Source: Camelus ferus (Eukaryota). Taken from it: a DNA stretch of 64,000 nt. The position numbers were made by a program, and so were the translations under genes. The stretch is from NCBI RefSeq assembly GCF_009834535.1, contig NC_045697.1, forward strand, positions 112,966,001 to 113,030,000, written 5' to 3'. Under the pieces are notes generated by a model that worked only from the letters and a program-made list of their open reading frames with translations, ran no database searches and was not told the origin of the DNA. This document shows, piece after piece, positions 1-13,299 of the stretch (positions within the stretch are counted from its first letter, which is position 1; every line of letters starts with the position of its first letter).

Positions 1-831
1 AGAAATTCTTTTATATACTGTGTGTTTTGATATTTGAAATATAAAGTATGTTTAAAATGATGGTACCATATGGAAAGCATGAAAGCATCAAAATAGAATG
101 TGCAGAAGCAAACACAAATGTGCACATGTGCACACACACATGCACACACTCATAGTTACAAATAAAGATTTCCCCAAAGCATCATCTTATGATGGAAGGC
201 TTTTTCAAGGGGAAAGAAGTATGTTTGTCTTTCATTTTTATTTTTCTTAAGATGGTGGAGTGATTGAGTTTTCAGTTACTTTCGTATTTAAATTTTCCTC
301 CAGCTAAAGGTTTTTCTCTCTTGGCTGAGATATTTTTCTTCATTCATTATTCCAATGTCTCATATCTTGGCATAAAATATTAAAAAAAATTCCCTAATTT
401 TTTGGTTTAGTTTTTTGAAATATAAGGCATTGGGAATTAAGATGGCTTTTTTTCCCACTGTGTCATCCATTGGCTTTATTGGGTGTGTGCGATGTTGTTA
501 TGACAATATGGCTTTTTGAAAAAAGTTTTAAACCAAATCAAATTCCTTTTCTATCGGATTGACAAGTAAAGGAGGAATGAGGGAGACTTTGATACGATCT
601 TTCTGGGAGGATGGTGTCTAGCCTGACTGTCCACGCAGCAACATGCATGTGGGTGCCATCAACATTATAATAAGTTCAATGACTGAAAGATCTCACTGCA
701 AAAGAGAACTAATCTCTCACATGCCGGCTTCCTTCCAGTTTTCTACTCTTCTGTAAATGGTACCTTCAAGCAGCTCTTTTCTTGTTTCCCACACAGATAC
801 TCCACCCACGGCCTCATCATAGCAGTGCCGT

Positions 832-1593
832 TGTTGCCAAAACACAGCCTCTGGACCTCACTTACCGAATTAAGACTTGAGGACAGAGTTTTGGATGAAG
901 TAGATAAGGCAGCTTTATTTCTTTGCAGGCAAAGGAGGTCACAGTGGGCTAGTGCCTCTAAGTCTGTGAGCCTGCTGGGGAGAGAGGGCAAGGGTTTTAT
1001 AGTAAAAAATTCAAGAATTCAAGGGGTGGAGCTGGTTTCCATAGAGATAGCATACAGGGTAATAAATTGTTCCAAAGTTGTTCTTGCTTTTGCAAATGCA
1101 GTGATCCCCTTCCCTCGGCTGGATATGAAGTTCATCTCTGGCTCTGGGACTCTCTTAATATTCTTGTGCCCAGAACAAAGGGTGCCTAGGAAGGGGCTCC
1201 ATGGAAAAGAGCTCTAGAGAAATCTTGTGCAGTTTAAAGTCAGGTTAATAAATGCTTTTAGCTTTTTGAGCAGGCTGAGGCCTGAGACCTCCTGCTGTAG
1301 GCTGAGGGCTGCAGCTTGAACAATAGGACACAAGGAAACCACAAGGAGTCAAGAGAAGGGCACTGCAGTCCAGAGCAGAGCACCAGGGTCAGGAGCAGGG
1401 CACTGAGCATGATCCCTGCACACAGCACCACGAGGAGGTTGGGCAGACCACTCAAGCCTTCCTCCTCTCCAGCTCAACCCTGGTCAGCAAAAGCATGAGA
1501 AAAACCTTGAAACTATGATACAGTTAGGCAGTTACAAAGACCACTGTAGATGTCGGATGGTCACTGATGACAACAGGGTCCTGCTCGGTTACG
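832..1593 (-). mobile_element. ERV1-type solo LTR, antisense to MARCHF1
   Basis: Ends tgttgcc... and ...cctgctcggttacg (decayed TG...CA); minus-strand TATAAAA (995-1001) and AATAAA (914-919); 4-bp flanks ccgt/ccat. Confidence 0.75.
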
Positions 1594-2039
1594 CCATCGT
1601 CTTGCATAAGATGCTTTGCCCTAAATTAGGCTGCTGTACCCACCCTGCCACGGGTACACCAGAATGTGCCCCTGAGAACTGTGCAGCATGAAATATTATA
1701 AAACGTCGGGGAAGTGGGTCAGGAGGCAGAGGCACTGGGCAATCCATACCCAGTTCTGTTTTCCATTCTCTCTGGTAGAGAAATGGGTGATGGGCAGAGA
1801 GGAGAGTTAAGCTGTGCTCCTCTGACGGAGGTCCCTCCACACGGAAACAAGAAACAAAGAAAAGGGGTTTCCCTCGAAGACAAGGGCACTTTCCTTGTAA
1901 GGACCTCCCTCCAGGGGACCCCACCCTCCACTCCCAAAACACAGAGGACCCTGTCATCCAGGAATGAACGTTTTAAAATCCTCTTTTAAGTGAAATACAA
2001 GGAGAGTAGCTAATTTCAAAAGGACAAATCATTCAAATA

Positions 2040-2190
2040 GGAGAGGAAAGAGCACTGGGTTACAAGTCAGAAGATGAGATTTTAACTCTGGTTCTGAAAC
2101 TTAATCCCTCTGAGCCTTGCCTCGGTTTCCTCATCTGTAAAACAAGGGGTCTGAACAAGTGTCTTCTGACTTAAAATTCTGTGATCTCAT
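2040..2190 (+). mobile_element. MIR-family SINE remnant
   Basis: MIR core: ctctgagcc...gtttcctcatctgtaaaacaagggg. Confidence 0.6.
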
Positions 2191-2324
2191 GAAAAGCAAA
2201 GTGAAAAATCCACCAAAAAAGAGAAAGAGAGGAAGGAGGGAAGGAGGGAAGGAAGGAAGGAGAAGGAACTTCACATTTCAAATTAATTTTTTTTTTTGAG
2301 ATTTTCAAATGTTAGCCACTATTT

Positions 2325-2517
2325 ATAAAGATAGATTTAAAAAGCAAATTTCTGCTGTATAGCACAGGGAACTATATTCAACATCTTTTAATAACCTTTA
2401 ATGAAAAAGAGTATGAAAACGAATATATGTATGTATATGCATGACTGGGACATTGTGCTGCACACCAGAAACTGAAACATTGTAACTGACTGTACTTCAA
2501 TTTTAAAAATAAATAAA
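2325..2517 (+). mobile_element. Lineage L1 3' UTR fragment
   Basis: ctgtatagcacagggaactatattcaa...acaccagaaactgaaacattgtaactgactgtacttcaatt plus A-rich tail. Confidence 0.85.
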
Positions 2518-2980
2518 TTTTTAAAAGAATCAAATTAAATTTAAATGTTCAGAAGAAAAAGGAAAACAGACAGAGAGAATCCTTCACACGGACATTAGGT
2601 TAGGTTGCACAGGACAGGACGCTGAGTAACAGAGTCCAAGTTCGAGTCCAAGTTCAAATCCTGAAGAAACAACGTGTGTGCTTTCCCACTCATGTTACCC
2701 TATAAAGCCAACCATGGTGGGAAAAACAAGACACTCTGTCTCTATATTCAAAAAAGAAAGCCATTAGGAAGTGGAACTAAGGGAAAATAGGGAAGAAAGA
2801 AGGAGAGAAGAAATGGAGACAGAAGAGAAGCAAAGAAAGGGAAGGGGGTGGTGTGAGGGCCACTGAGTATCCTGGGCATCCTGGGAGGTGACCGGAAGCT
2901 AGAGGGTCCAGACCCCACTCTTTTTTCTAAGTTGTAAGCAGGTCATTAAAAGCTAAAAAAAAGTCAAGCAAGTTCAAGTG

Positions 2981-3640
2981 TTTTTTTTTTTAATTGAAAT
3001 ATAGTCAGTTACAATGTGTCAATTTCTGGTGTACACCACAATGTCCCAGCCATGCATATACGTATATTTGTTTTCATATTCTTTTTCATTAAAGGTTATT
3101 ACAAGATATTGAATATAATTCCCTGTGCTGTACAGAAGAAACTTTTTAATCTATTTTTATATATATTGTGGCTAACATTTGCAAATCTCAAACTCCCAGA
3201 TTTATTCCTTCCCACCCCTTTCCTCTGGTAACCGTAAGATTGTTTACTATGTCTGCGAATCTGTTTCTATTTTTTAGATGAGTTCATAGTGTCCTTTTTT
3301 TTTTTTTCTTTTTTTAGGTTCCACATATGAGTGACGTTATATGGTATTTTTCTTTCTCTTTCTGGCTTAATTCACTTAGAATGACATTCTTCAGGTCCAT
3401 CCATGTTGCTGCAAATGGCATTACTTTATTCTGTTTTATGGCTGAGTAGTATTCCATTGTATAAATATACCACATCTTCTTTATCCAGTCCTCTGTCGAT
3501 GGACATTTAGGTTACTTCCATGTCTTGGCTATTGTATACAGTGTTGCTGTGAACATTGGGGTGCAGGTGTCTTTTCAAGTTAACATTCCCTCCGTGCCCA
3601 GGAGTGGGATGGATGGGTCATAGGGTAGGTCTATTACCAT
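2981..3640 (-). mobile_element. 5'-truncated L1 (3' UTR and ORF2 end)
   Basis: Poly-T followed by the reverse complement of the L1 3' end; tcaagtg on both sides as candidate TSD. Confidence 0.9.
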
Positions 3641-4179
3641 ATGATCAAGTGCTTCTTGACAGCAGGCTGTTCTGAAGCCCTGAGATGTACCTGGAAGACT
3701 TCTGACCCTAAGAAAAGAGGCCAGCTGGGCCAAAAGCCTTCTTGGCACAGAAGAGGAAACCAGTGTGGACTGATGCAAGTCAGTTGAGTCTCAAGTGTAA
3801 AGTCTGTAGACACATCCAGACAAGACTTAACGCTGGCTTAAGTTTGCCACCGAGTTTATCTATGAAGAATTTGCTGAGCAAATCAATAGCGTAAGCAGGT
3901 TAAGACAGGAAAATCACTGATGTACTGAAACGTTTTCAGGAGTTCATTAAAAAAAAATGTTGAGGAAAATAATTAGCCTTGCCTGGCATATTTGAACAAA
4001 ATTTAGTTTGTACTTACTTCTTAAAGGGCCGCTTGCTCCAAGCGTGCAGGCAAGTCATTTTCATGTGAACACCTGACATAGGTTTCATCATTTTTGTCAA
4101 TGCAGTGAAATTCTGCTTTTAAAGACTTCTTAATACAAAATAATCCCAAAGTCTGGTTATTTGTATTTCCTCTACCTGA

Positions 4180-4425
4180 CTGTGTGGTGATTAAGGCTTG
4201 AGCTCTCGAGTCAGCCTGCCAGCGTCTGCACCTTGAAAGGAGTCATAGCTTTATAGCTTGGGGCAAGTTGTTGAATTTCTCCATGCGTGTATTTCCTCAT
4301 GTGTGAAATGGGAGATAATAAAAGTGTGAACACCCTTCTGCGGTTGTTAGGAGGTCTGAATGAGATAACACCTGACAGGCACTTAGCATCGTGTCTGGAA
4401 CATGATGTGAATAAATATTAACTAT
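4180..4425 (+). mobile_element. MIR SINE
   Basis: gggcaagtt...tttcctcatgtgtgaaatgggagataata...gcacttagca...aataaatatta. Confidence 0.7.
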
Positions 4426-4487
4426 GAGCATATGTAAATTTTAAATGACTTTAATTTCAACTTCTCAGTGTTTTTTACAGTCCTAGA

Positions 4488-4903
4488 TTTTTTTTTTTCA
4501 TTTTTTTTAGTTGAAGTATAGTCAGTTTACAATGTGTCGATTTCTGGTGGACAGCACCGTGTTTCAGTCATACATACACATACATATATTCCTTTTCAAA
4601 TTCTTTTTCATTATATGTTACTACAAGATATTAAATATAGTTCCCTGTGCTGTACAGTATAAAGCTGTTATCTTTTTATATATAGTAGTTAGTGTCTGCA
4701 AATCTCAAAGTCCCAATTTATCCCTTCCCATCACTTCTTCCCCCTGGTAACCATAAGTTTATTCTCTATGTCTGTGAGTCTGTTTCTGTTTTGTAACTAA
4801 GTTCATGTGTGTCTTTTGTTTAGATTCCACATGTAAGTGATATCATATGGTATTTTTCTTTCTCTTTCTGGCTTACTTCACCTAGAATTACGATCTCCAG
4901 GTG
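4488..4903 (-). mobile_element. 5'-truncated L1 3' UTR fragment
   Basis: Same family as 2981-3640; TSD core agtcctaga at 4479-4487 and 4905-4913. Confidence 0.9.
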
Positions 4904-6199
4904 TAGTCCTAGAATTAAGTTAGAAGTGTCTTTCCAAGTTGTAACTGGTTTCCAAAGCTGTTGAAAGCAGTAGAACTTCGTTCCTCTTTGAATGTGATTT
5001 TATTTAGAATTCAAAAATATGAAAGAGGTAAAAGGACCCACAGTAAACAGAGACACCAGAGTGTGACTCAGGAGTGGCCCCCAGTTGAATGGTGGCATTC
5101 TGCAGGGAGCGCGTGTCAGCGAAGCCAAGGCGTGCTGGTAGGAGCCACCCACCCGGGCACAGCCTACGGTGTTGGAAGATGGGTCCCAAAAGACCGTAGA
5201 CACAGACTGGGTACTTGACTTCAACCCTCAGCCTGGATGAGCTGGTACAAATGGTTTAGTTCACGGACCACAGTGTCAAATAGAAGAAACAGCAGAGGAA
5301 AAGCTGAGCAACAGGTGTCACCAGGAACATCAAACCACATACCATTTCAGTGAGGGAGGGAGCGCCCTCCCCCGCCACCGCTGCAGGCACTTGGCCTGCG
5401 GTCCTGCAGCTCGGGTGCTTCTGCTCCTGACCCACCTGAGCCTCCTGGTGCTGAGCAACCTTGAGCAGCGGTTCTCTGTTTGACTTTCATCATAGTCTCA
5501 CGGTGCCCAAGAAACACACCTGCGAGTCTCTGGTCTTCCCTGGGCCACTGTTCCCCGTGACATCCAACTGTATGCCTTACCTGGGGGGGATGATCCCAAC
5601 AGCCTAGACGCAGATCTCTTCCTCCAGGCACCCTGGCAAGGGAGGGGCTGGCTGGCGCTGGTCTTCTTCTGACTCAAGTGACTCAGCAGTTCTTGAGGAA
5701 GGTTTGGAATCCAAGGCTGGATGTTACCAAGCATTCCAAACACCTTCAGTGGGTGGACTTGAGTCAAAAGAGACCACGCTCAGGAATTCATCTCTTTCTG
5801 TAAGAAAAATACCCCCCCCCAGTCTTCCTCACAGCCTACATCTCCTGTCTTCCCTTTGAGCATCTCTTTGTTCAAATTTCTGAATCACAGAGTTAGGTGC
5901 TTTGAGGAAACAGCAAAAATTAAGCTCCTTGACCAAACCAAAGTCATGACAACTTAAGAATTCCTGCCCCGCATGGGCCATCATTTGTCACCTTCATAAG
6001 ACATTTTGATGTCTGTGGAAATTGGAGGATTCAGGGCCTCCTATGTCATTTAAACACTCCCAGTGGGGAGGGAAAGAATGACTTTTCTAGTGCTTTTCAG
6101 GAAGCTGCCATTGCACTGCTCTCAAAACTTGCCAGAGAAAGCTTAATTTATGTTTTCGGCACCTATCAATCAAGAAAAAGTAAAAAGTGGACTTTTTAA

Positions 6200-6800
6200 G
6201 CCCTTAGAAATCAAAAGCATTTAACAAGACATGAAAAAGGAAGTTGAACAGATATTCCAGAAAGTAAAATAAAAGGATAAAAGGAGTAAAGCAACTTTTT
6301 TTAACTCATAGAAAAAGGAGTCTAGAATTAGATTAAGAAAATTTGCAGATACTGAGAATAGACAAAAAGGCAAAGAAAATTATCAAAGTAATCAGAAGCA
6401 AGAGTACTTCCAAGAAACGAAGGGCATGATTACCCAGAACAAGTAAATGAAGACTTAGATAAATATACGCTACTGCAAAAATCCAGAATACCAAGAGTAA
6501 ATAAAAGTCAATAGTAACTTCAGGAAGCTTTCAAAGGGCTTCTGATGAATGCCACTGTAATCAGAATTATGGTGATCTTCTCTATGGTATGTGCTTAAGA
6601 GATGGTGCAGTAAGAACGAGGACATTCTAAAGGAGTATGCGACCACAACTTTAACACACAGCAAATCTACCGATAAAATGTAAGAGTGGAATAAAGATTT
6701 TCAGACAATGCAAGGGTCCTAAAAACTTTATACCCCTTGGTCTCTTAGGAAACTTTTCAAGGGAGTGCTTAAGCAAAATAAGGGCTTTGCCACAGGAAAA
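6200..6800 (+). mobile_element. Ancient L1/HAL1-like ORF1 remnant
   Basis: A-rich degenerate ORF1-like sequence (ggaataaagattttcagacaatgcaagggtcctaaaaacttta); boundaries approximate. Confidence 0.4.
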
Positions 6801-7183
6801 AAAGTTAGGATTGGAAAAGCATAGGAGGCAACAAAGAACCTCCCAGAACAAGGGCTGTGCACCAGGCATGTCAAGCTATTTAAAAGGGATGCCCGTGGGG
6901 AGCGTGCAGAGGAGCAGAGTGGGAGGAGAAATACATCCACCATGACGGTGACCTGCTCGGGATGGAGAATAAGATAGAAACCTTGAGGTCAGAGGTCTGT
7001 GGGGAAGATCAGTTTGAGAGGATATCTGACTTGCTTCAGAAGTCGGGTCGAGGGGCTTTGGGTCGATGCAAGGAAGAACAGAGAAAAAACTTGAAATAGG
7101 TACATCTTAAGCAAATAATTAAAAAGGAATTATCTTTAAAATGCAACAGAAATCTATTAAAGAAGTGAATTATTACTCGAGAG

Positions 7184-7643
7184 CAGTGATTCTCAAACTT
7201 TTTGGCCTCAAAACCCTTCTACAAATTATTTGAGCACATCAAAGAGCTTTGGTTTACATAGTTTATATCTACCAGTATTTACCATGTTAGGAACTGAAAC
7301 TGAGAAATGTTTAAATATGCACTTATTAAATTAATTAAAAATAAGAAACACTTGCATGTTAAGTAATATATTTTTATGGAAGATTATATTTCCAAGATAA
7401 AAAAATATTTAATGAGAAATGTTGCTTTGCTTTTCATTTTGCAAATCTCTTTCATGTCTGGTCTAATGGAAGACAACTGAAATTTCATGTCTGTGTCTTC
7501 GTTCAGTCACATCCAGTATTCTGTGATACCATACAGTTTCTGGAAAATCCCACCATACAAAAATCATTAAGAATTATTACTGAAGAGTTTTGACCACACT
7601 GACCCCTTGAAAGGGTTCCCCGATGACACTTTGAAAAACCCTG
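7184..7643. mobile_element. hAT-Charlie non-autonomous DNA transposon (Charlie1-like)
   Basis: Terminal inverted repeats cagtgattctcaaa / tttgaaaaaccctg; degenerate 8-bp TSD ctcgagag/ctcttcag. Confidence 0.7.
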
Positions 7644-8044
7644 CTCTTCAGTAACGCTTGATTCTTTTTAATGAATATCGTTCCATATAGTTCTAATTTC
7701 TTATATGATATAGTCAAAGTAGCCACACACTTCTACTGGGAGTATGAATGTGAACGAGGGGGGATCTGTGGCTAAGCATTAAATCCTCAACAAGCAACAA
7801 TAAGAGACCAACAGATGATGCATAATAGTAGTGAGTTGTCCATAACAGTAGGAGCACGTTACAGAATGTGATGGAGGAAAGTATCAGAGCACCACCCGCC
7901 ATATTGAAAAGTGACTGCCTCCCGACGACGGTAAAGAAGGGTGCAGCAGGGTGGAGCAGGCGGTTGTCTTAAGATGAAATTCCATGTGATCTTTACAGTG
8001 AACTTTCCTATAGATTGATAGAAGTAGATCTCAAGAAATAAGTT

Positions 8045-8125
8045 TTGGTTGCTCAGTAGGTCTGGAGAGGGCATGAGATTCTGCATTCCTAACGAACTCC
8101 CAGGCGATGCCCACATAGAACCATG
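8045..8125. mobile_element. MER5-like hAT fragment
   Basis: cagtaggtctgg...gagattctgcattcctaacgaactcccaggcgatgcc. Confidence 0.6.
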
Positions 8126-8314
8126 CTTCCTGAAGCCTGGAATCATGGAAGGAGAAGGTCTTCCTAACACAGACCTCTAAAGCATCCTCGCTTAGGTGCT
8201 AGATTCTCTTACAGCTCTCCCACACTGTTTAAACTCTTTGAAAGATAGTCTCAGAACTTTGCTCAGGGAACAGTATCTAGCTAAAAGTTTTTAAAAATTA
8301 GTGGCAAAAGTGGC

Positions 8315-8506
8315 AAAATCCTAACAAAGCCTAGAGTTCAGTTAGCATTAATGTACTGATGTCAGTTTCTTCGTTTGACAGATGTCCTACGGTCATGTAA
8401 GGTGCTGACGCGAAGGGAAACTGGGTGAGGGGTATAAACAACCTTCATTATCTTTGAAACTTCCATAAATCTAAAATGATTCTAAAATTAAAATTTTATT
8501 TTAAAA
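8315..8506 (+). mobile_element. Old L1M (MC/MD-like) 3' end
   Basis: gggaaactgggtgaggggtata...ataaatctaaaatgattctaaaattaaaa. Confidence 0.6.
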
Positions 8507-9370
8507 TGTTCCAGAGTGAATAACAGAAGACGTAAAAGCTGAAATACTCTGCTTAGACTAGTGAGCAAACTTAAAGAAGGCGAACCCAGCATCTTTCTTG
8601 TTCTCTGTCCTCTTTGACCTCTGCTAGCCCCCAGGACTGAAAAATCCTTGTCCTCCAAGGAGAAAAGTTTGGAAACCACCAAATCTAACATTTTACTTTA
8701 TAAGGGGGAGAAAGACACGAGACCCAAACATTATTACGTGTCTTTCACATTTGTGTAAAGTGAGGACCAGAAGGCAAGAGTTCCTCATGTCATATCTGTT
8801 GCTTTTTACCAGCTGTAGGTTTTACTTAGACATGCCTACTTTCTTCTCTAAAATAGAGGGGTTTTCTTCAATGTGACCACAGAGGTAGACTCACATATTT
8901 CACCCAAACTGTTCCCATGTGAGACGGACCTGTGTGGTCACACTAAGTAGACCAAAAGACAGATAGCCCACTTCTCATGAGAAAGGTGAGTTCTGCCTTC
9001 TCAGATGAAGTTCCTGTTTCCTGTGGTCCTAGAAGAGCATTTGCATGGAAGGTATGTTGGTTAGCTTGGCAACTGATCAGGTTAGAGGACTTTGCTAAGA
9101 GCACAAGTGATGGCTGAATATTTGGTTAGAGTCTTTGTATTCTTATCTTGATTGAGAAGCGCTAGGTTTGAATCTGAAGTTTTCCAGGACTACTTCTCTG
9201 GCATATTTCCCAAAGAACATGCCAGTTTTTCTACCTGATATCTGGCCAGTGAGTCACAGTTAGTGTGTTCACTTGTCACTTGTTTTTTTTTGAAAAAAGA
9301 AAAGAAAAGAAAAGAAAAAAATTATATATATATATATATATATATAAAAATTTTATATATATATAAAATT

Positions 9371-9644
9371 CTTGTTTTTAGTTGAAGTATAGTCAAGTTA
9401 CAATGTTAGTTTCAGGTTTACAGCAAACCTGTTCAGTTATACATATACATACATACATATATATTTTTTCAGTTCCTTTTCCATTATATGTTATTACAAG
9501 AAATTGAATATAGTTCCCTGTGCTACACACTAGGTCCTTGTTGTTTATCTGTTTTATATACAGTAACATGTATCTGTTAATCCCAAACTCCTATCTGTCT
9601 CTCCGCCCCTCCTTCTTCTCAGTAACCAGTTTATTTTCTGTGTC
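9371..9644 (-). mobile_element. L1 3' UTR fragment
   Basis: ttgaagtatagtc...gttccctgtgctacac...tatctgttaatcccaaactcc. Confidence 0.85.
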
Positions 9645-9788
9645 TGATTTTTTGTTTGGTTTGGTTTGGTTTGGTGGGGGGAGCATTAAGTTTGTTTATT
9701 CTTGTTTTTTAATGGAGGTACTGGGGATTGAACCCAGAACCTCATGCACGCTAAGTATGCACTCTTCCGCTGAGCTATGCCCTCCCCC
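9645..9788 (-). mobile_element. tRNA-derived SINE (camelid Vic-1-like)
   Basis: Minus strand ggggagggcatagctcagcggaagagtgcatacttagcgtgcatgaggttctgggttcaatcccc with pol III A/B boxes; (CAAAC)n-like tail. Confidence 0.85.
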
Positions 9789-12700
9789 CATCACTCGTTA
9801 CTTCTAAAAAATACATCTACAAAGCAGCGTTTCCATTCATCCTTTGGCATCCTTTAGATTACCTGTAGGCTTGGAGTGATGGTTTTTGCCTCCAGGGGAC
9901 CTAAAGCCTTGTAACACTGGCCTTTAATGCAGGTGACAGGTCCACCTGCTAGGCATCCTGTGTACTACACAGGAGAAAGAAAAGAAACGCCACTTGGAAC
10001 AAAAACTTTCTTTGTTCTTAGCCGCTCAGCGGCTCACTCCACTAGGCTGCCTTGGCCCCCCCAGTGCGGGAGCTGCCAGTGTCTGCCCATTTCTACTGTC
10101 TGAACTCAGAGGGGTTTGGGCGAGTGCTTCTCAACTTTGTTACTACAGAGTCAGTTCCTTTGCTCCTAATATGTGTCCCTCTGGTCCCAGTTCCCTTCAC
10201 AGATCCTAAAGCCCAGGACATACAAAAGGAGAGGGCAGCCCAGCCACGTAGTGTGTCCCCTTCACTTAGGACCCATCTCAGATAAGGTCAGGTGAATCAC
10301 AGCAGGAGACTGTTGGAAATAAAATTCATACTGCAGTTCAAGCCAAAGAAAAGCATAGCTCTGCTTATCTAAAAAAAAAAAAAAAGAAAAGAAAAGAAAG
10401 AAAAATAAACACTTTTAAAAGGAAAATCCAAGCCCCTCATTCAGAATTGCTTTCCGGTGATTTGAGAGGCAGGGTCTCACAACTGTGTGCTCAGAACAGA
10501 GGCACGAGGAGCACTTGCTGGAGGGCAGAAACTAGCTTGTTTTCAATAACAGGTTTATCTTTGAGGCTTGATACTTTACAGATAAATCTCTCCGCAGCCT
10601 GCCAGGATAATTGGACTAGAGGGCTCGCATGTTAACAGGTTTTGTTTTATTTCCAACTCATAGCCAGCTTGGCCGCGGTAATCCGTCTTATGCTCGTTAT
10701 TTAAGAATATGCAAGAGGGACCCGCGATGTTGCCCATGGAGGTGCTTTGCGGGAGACCACTGGGGAGAGGAAAAGAATGGGGGCAAGACACCTCTTCGTA
10801 GCAGAATCGACTTTCAGAGAATGTGCTGGAACCCGGTAGGGGTGCGGTGGCGTGGAGGGGGGGCAGACTCCTTAATAAAACCCTCGTACTTTTATTGAGC
10901 ATTCTTTTCATGAAAACCCTCGTACTTTTGATTTCTTCCTGCTCTCCTAGATCTTTCGTCTGTTTCCTAGCTAGGTTCACGGTAAAACGTGAGAACTAGT
11001 ATTTCCTAAGTCGGGTAATAGATCCTTGCAGGGGAATTAGTTTTCTTTTAACCTAATTTGGTAGATGGTTTGCAGTCTTGACAGAAGAGCCCGCATCGCC
11101 ATGGATTTCTTGATGCAACTAACCAGTGTTGTCAAGGCAACACACTTCACTGCCTTCTCCTTTCTAGAAAACTATTCCAGCATTGCAAACCCGAAATCAC
11201 AGTCATCTCTTATAATACACAGGGTCAACTATGCCCCCTGCCTGCACAAAGCTACTGCTTTTTTATAAGATATCATGTCATTAGAGTGAAAGAATCTGAC
11301 TTGAGGGAACACGTATCTATTAAAGCATTAACATTAAAATAACCCCACAGCCACTTAAGTCCTATCTCTGCATTTCCAGGAGATGTGGGGCTTTTGGCTA
11401 CAGGCAGTTACATTTTCGGAGCTGTGTTAACATTGGCATATTTTGACTAATTTCTATGTAAACTGATTGCAATCAACAGCATTTTCACAGCTTGTGAAAT
11501 TAAATCACATAAAAGACAAAGTATTTTGGGTGGTTAATATCACCCACCTGTTGCAGATCCCCCCCCCTTCGTTTTTAAGAGTCAAGGCCCAGTTTTGAGA
11601 ATTCTTTCCATGTAATTGGGAGAACGCCACAATTTCTCAAGAAGCTATGACAGCATCCTGACATCACGGGGGAGTTTCTCCCCAGAGATCTGGGCTCCCG
11701 AGAGGTTGGTTTAGAGGGAAATCCCCATGAAAGGAAAAATAGGGATCACTTTACTCTTTTTGTTAGTTCATTATTAACAAGAAAACTGGGTGAGAGTAAG
11801 ACTCTTACTGAGGTTTAAAGATTTGAAGACTACTTATGAACCTAATCTTGGCAATACTGTTTACAGGCTACATTTATTTATCTAAATAATTGGAAGAAAT
11901 TCTTAGTCACTCATCCAATACTGCTGATCTGGGTTTCCAGTCATTTTTTTTTCATACATAAGACTTACCCCCTCCTTACATTTTTGCTCAAAAATTGATC
12001 ACATTAAAAGATACCATGTTTCATTTCACAATTCCCAAAGCTTTGAGACACAAATATGGCTGTGTTTGTGTCTCTCTGTTTCATGTTGCTCATTTATTAG
12101 ATAAAACACCCTTCAGCTCCTTTTGGCTGCCGTTCTTATTTCAATAAACTGAAGAGTTTTATCCACATCAAATCGGACGAGTCGTCATCTCCACCGCTGA
12201 AGCACTGCTGCTGTTTTCCTTCCATTATCGTGAGCTGATGATTTGACAGATGAGGGTTTCACACGTCAGTCAGTCTACAGAGCCTTTCAGGCTGCTCAGC
12301 TCAGCCCTCTCCTGTCCTGGCCTTTCAACAGTGATCAGCACTCCGTCCCAAGGCACAGCGGGTTTGAGCCTGCTGGTGGAGGCACAGCCCAAAACAGAAG
12401 GCAAGTGGTTAAGGAGGTTGCAGTGGAAGAAAGAGAGTGAAGTAAGATTAGAAAGCAAACACAAGGAAGATGCATTCGTATGCTACTTGGAGAGGAGTGT
12501 GCTTGCAAAAGGATTAGCGACCAAAGCAGAAAGGAATGTGGTCAATTAAATAAGTCATAGTAGATAGATAGAAATATTTCGGCAGATATGCAGATTATCA
12601 GGTCACTGAGGTCCAAGGGACATTCTCCTCCTGGGTTACGGTGCGTAGATTTGGTGGACATGTAGATGTCTGCAGTACCGACATGCTTGGATGCATTACG

Positions 12701-13299
12701 TTAATAGCCACAGTAATCGGTCAGGGCTTCCTGGCTGCTTGCTGGTGCTGCCGGCTTTGCTGTGTGCCTGACCTCTTGAACCCTCCCAGAAATATAAACT
12801 GAGTGTCCTTGTCACAGTCACGGGGGAGTAAGTTGAAGCCAGTGGAGGTTAAATCAGCTGTCTAAGGTCTCAGTCTGGGATGCAGACTTGAATCAGTGTC
12901 ATACGCCAGGTCTGTAGTTTTCAGCACCATCTCACAGTGCCTCTGTGGTTCAGGGTAGGAGTGATCAGGTCCATCTGGATGGTTAGGAAACACCTCCTAG
13001 GATAGGAGGCAACTAAAACTGGTTATGAATGGTGACTGGATGTCTCCCAGTGAGACCCAGAGCACTGAGGACCTTCTAGGCAAGAAAACAGTACATTGAA
13101 ATGCACAGGGTGTGAGCTACTCACAAGCTGAACACAGCTGGCTTTACCAGAGAGAAGGATGGTCACAGGCAAGTTTCTTAACCTCCCACCCTCATCTACA
13201 GGGAAAGTATTAACAAGATGTCTGTCATAGACAGGTTGTGAGAATTAAATTAACAATGTAAAGCTATGAATAATAATATTATTGTTAAAACAGCTAATA

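Noticed and set aside
2632..2655. 12-bp tandem duplication gagtccaagttc
   Set aside because: Ordinary slippage event; no functional hint.
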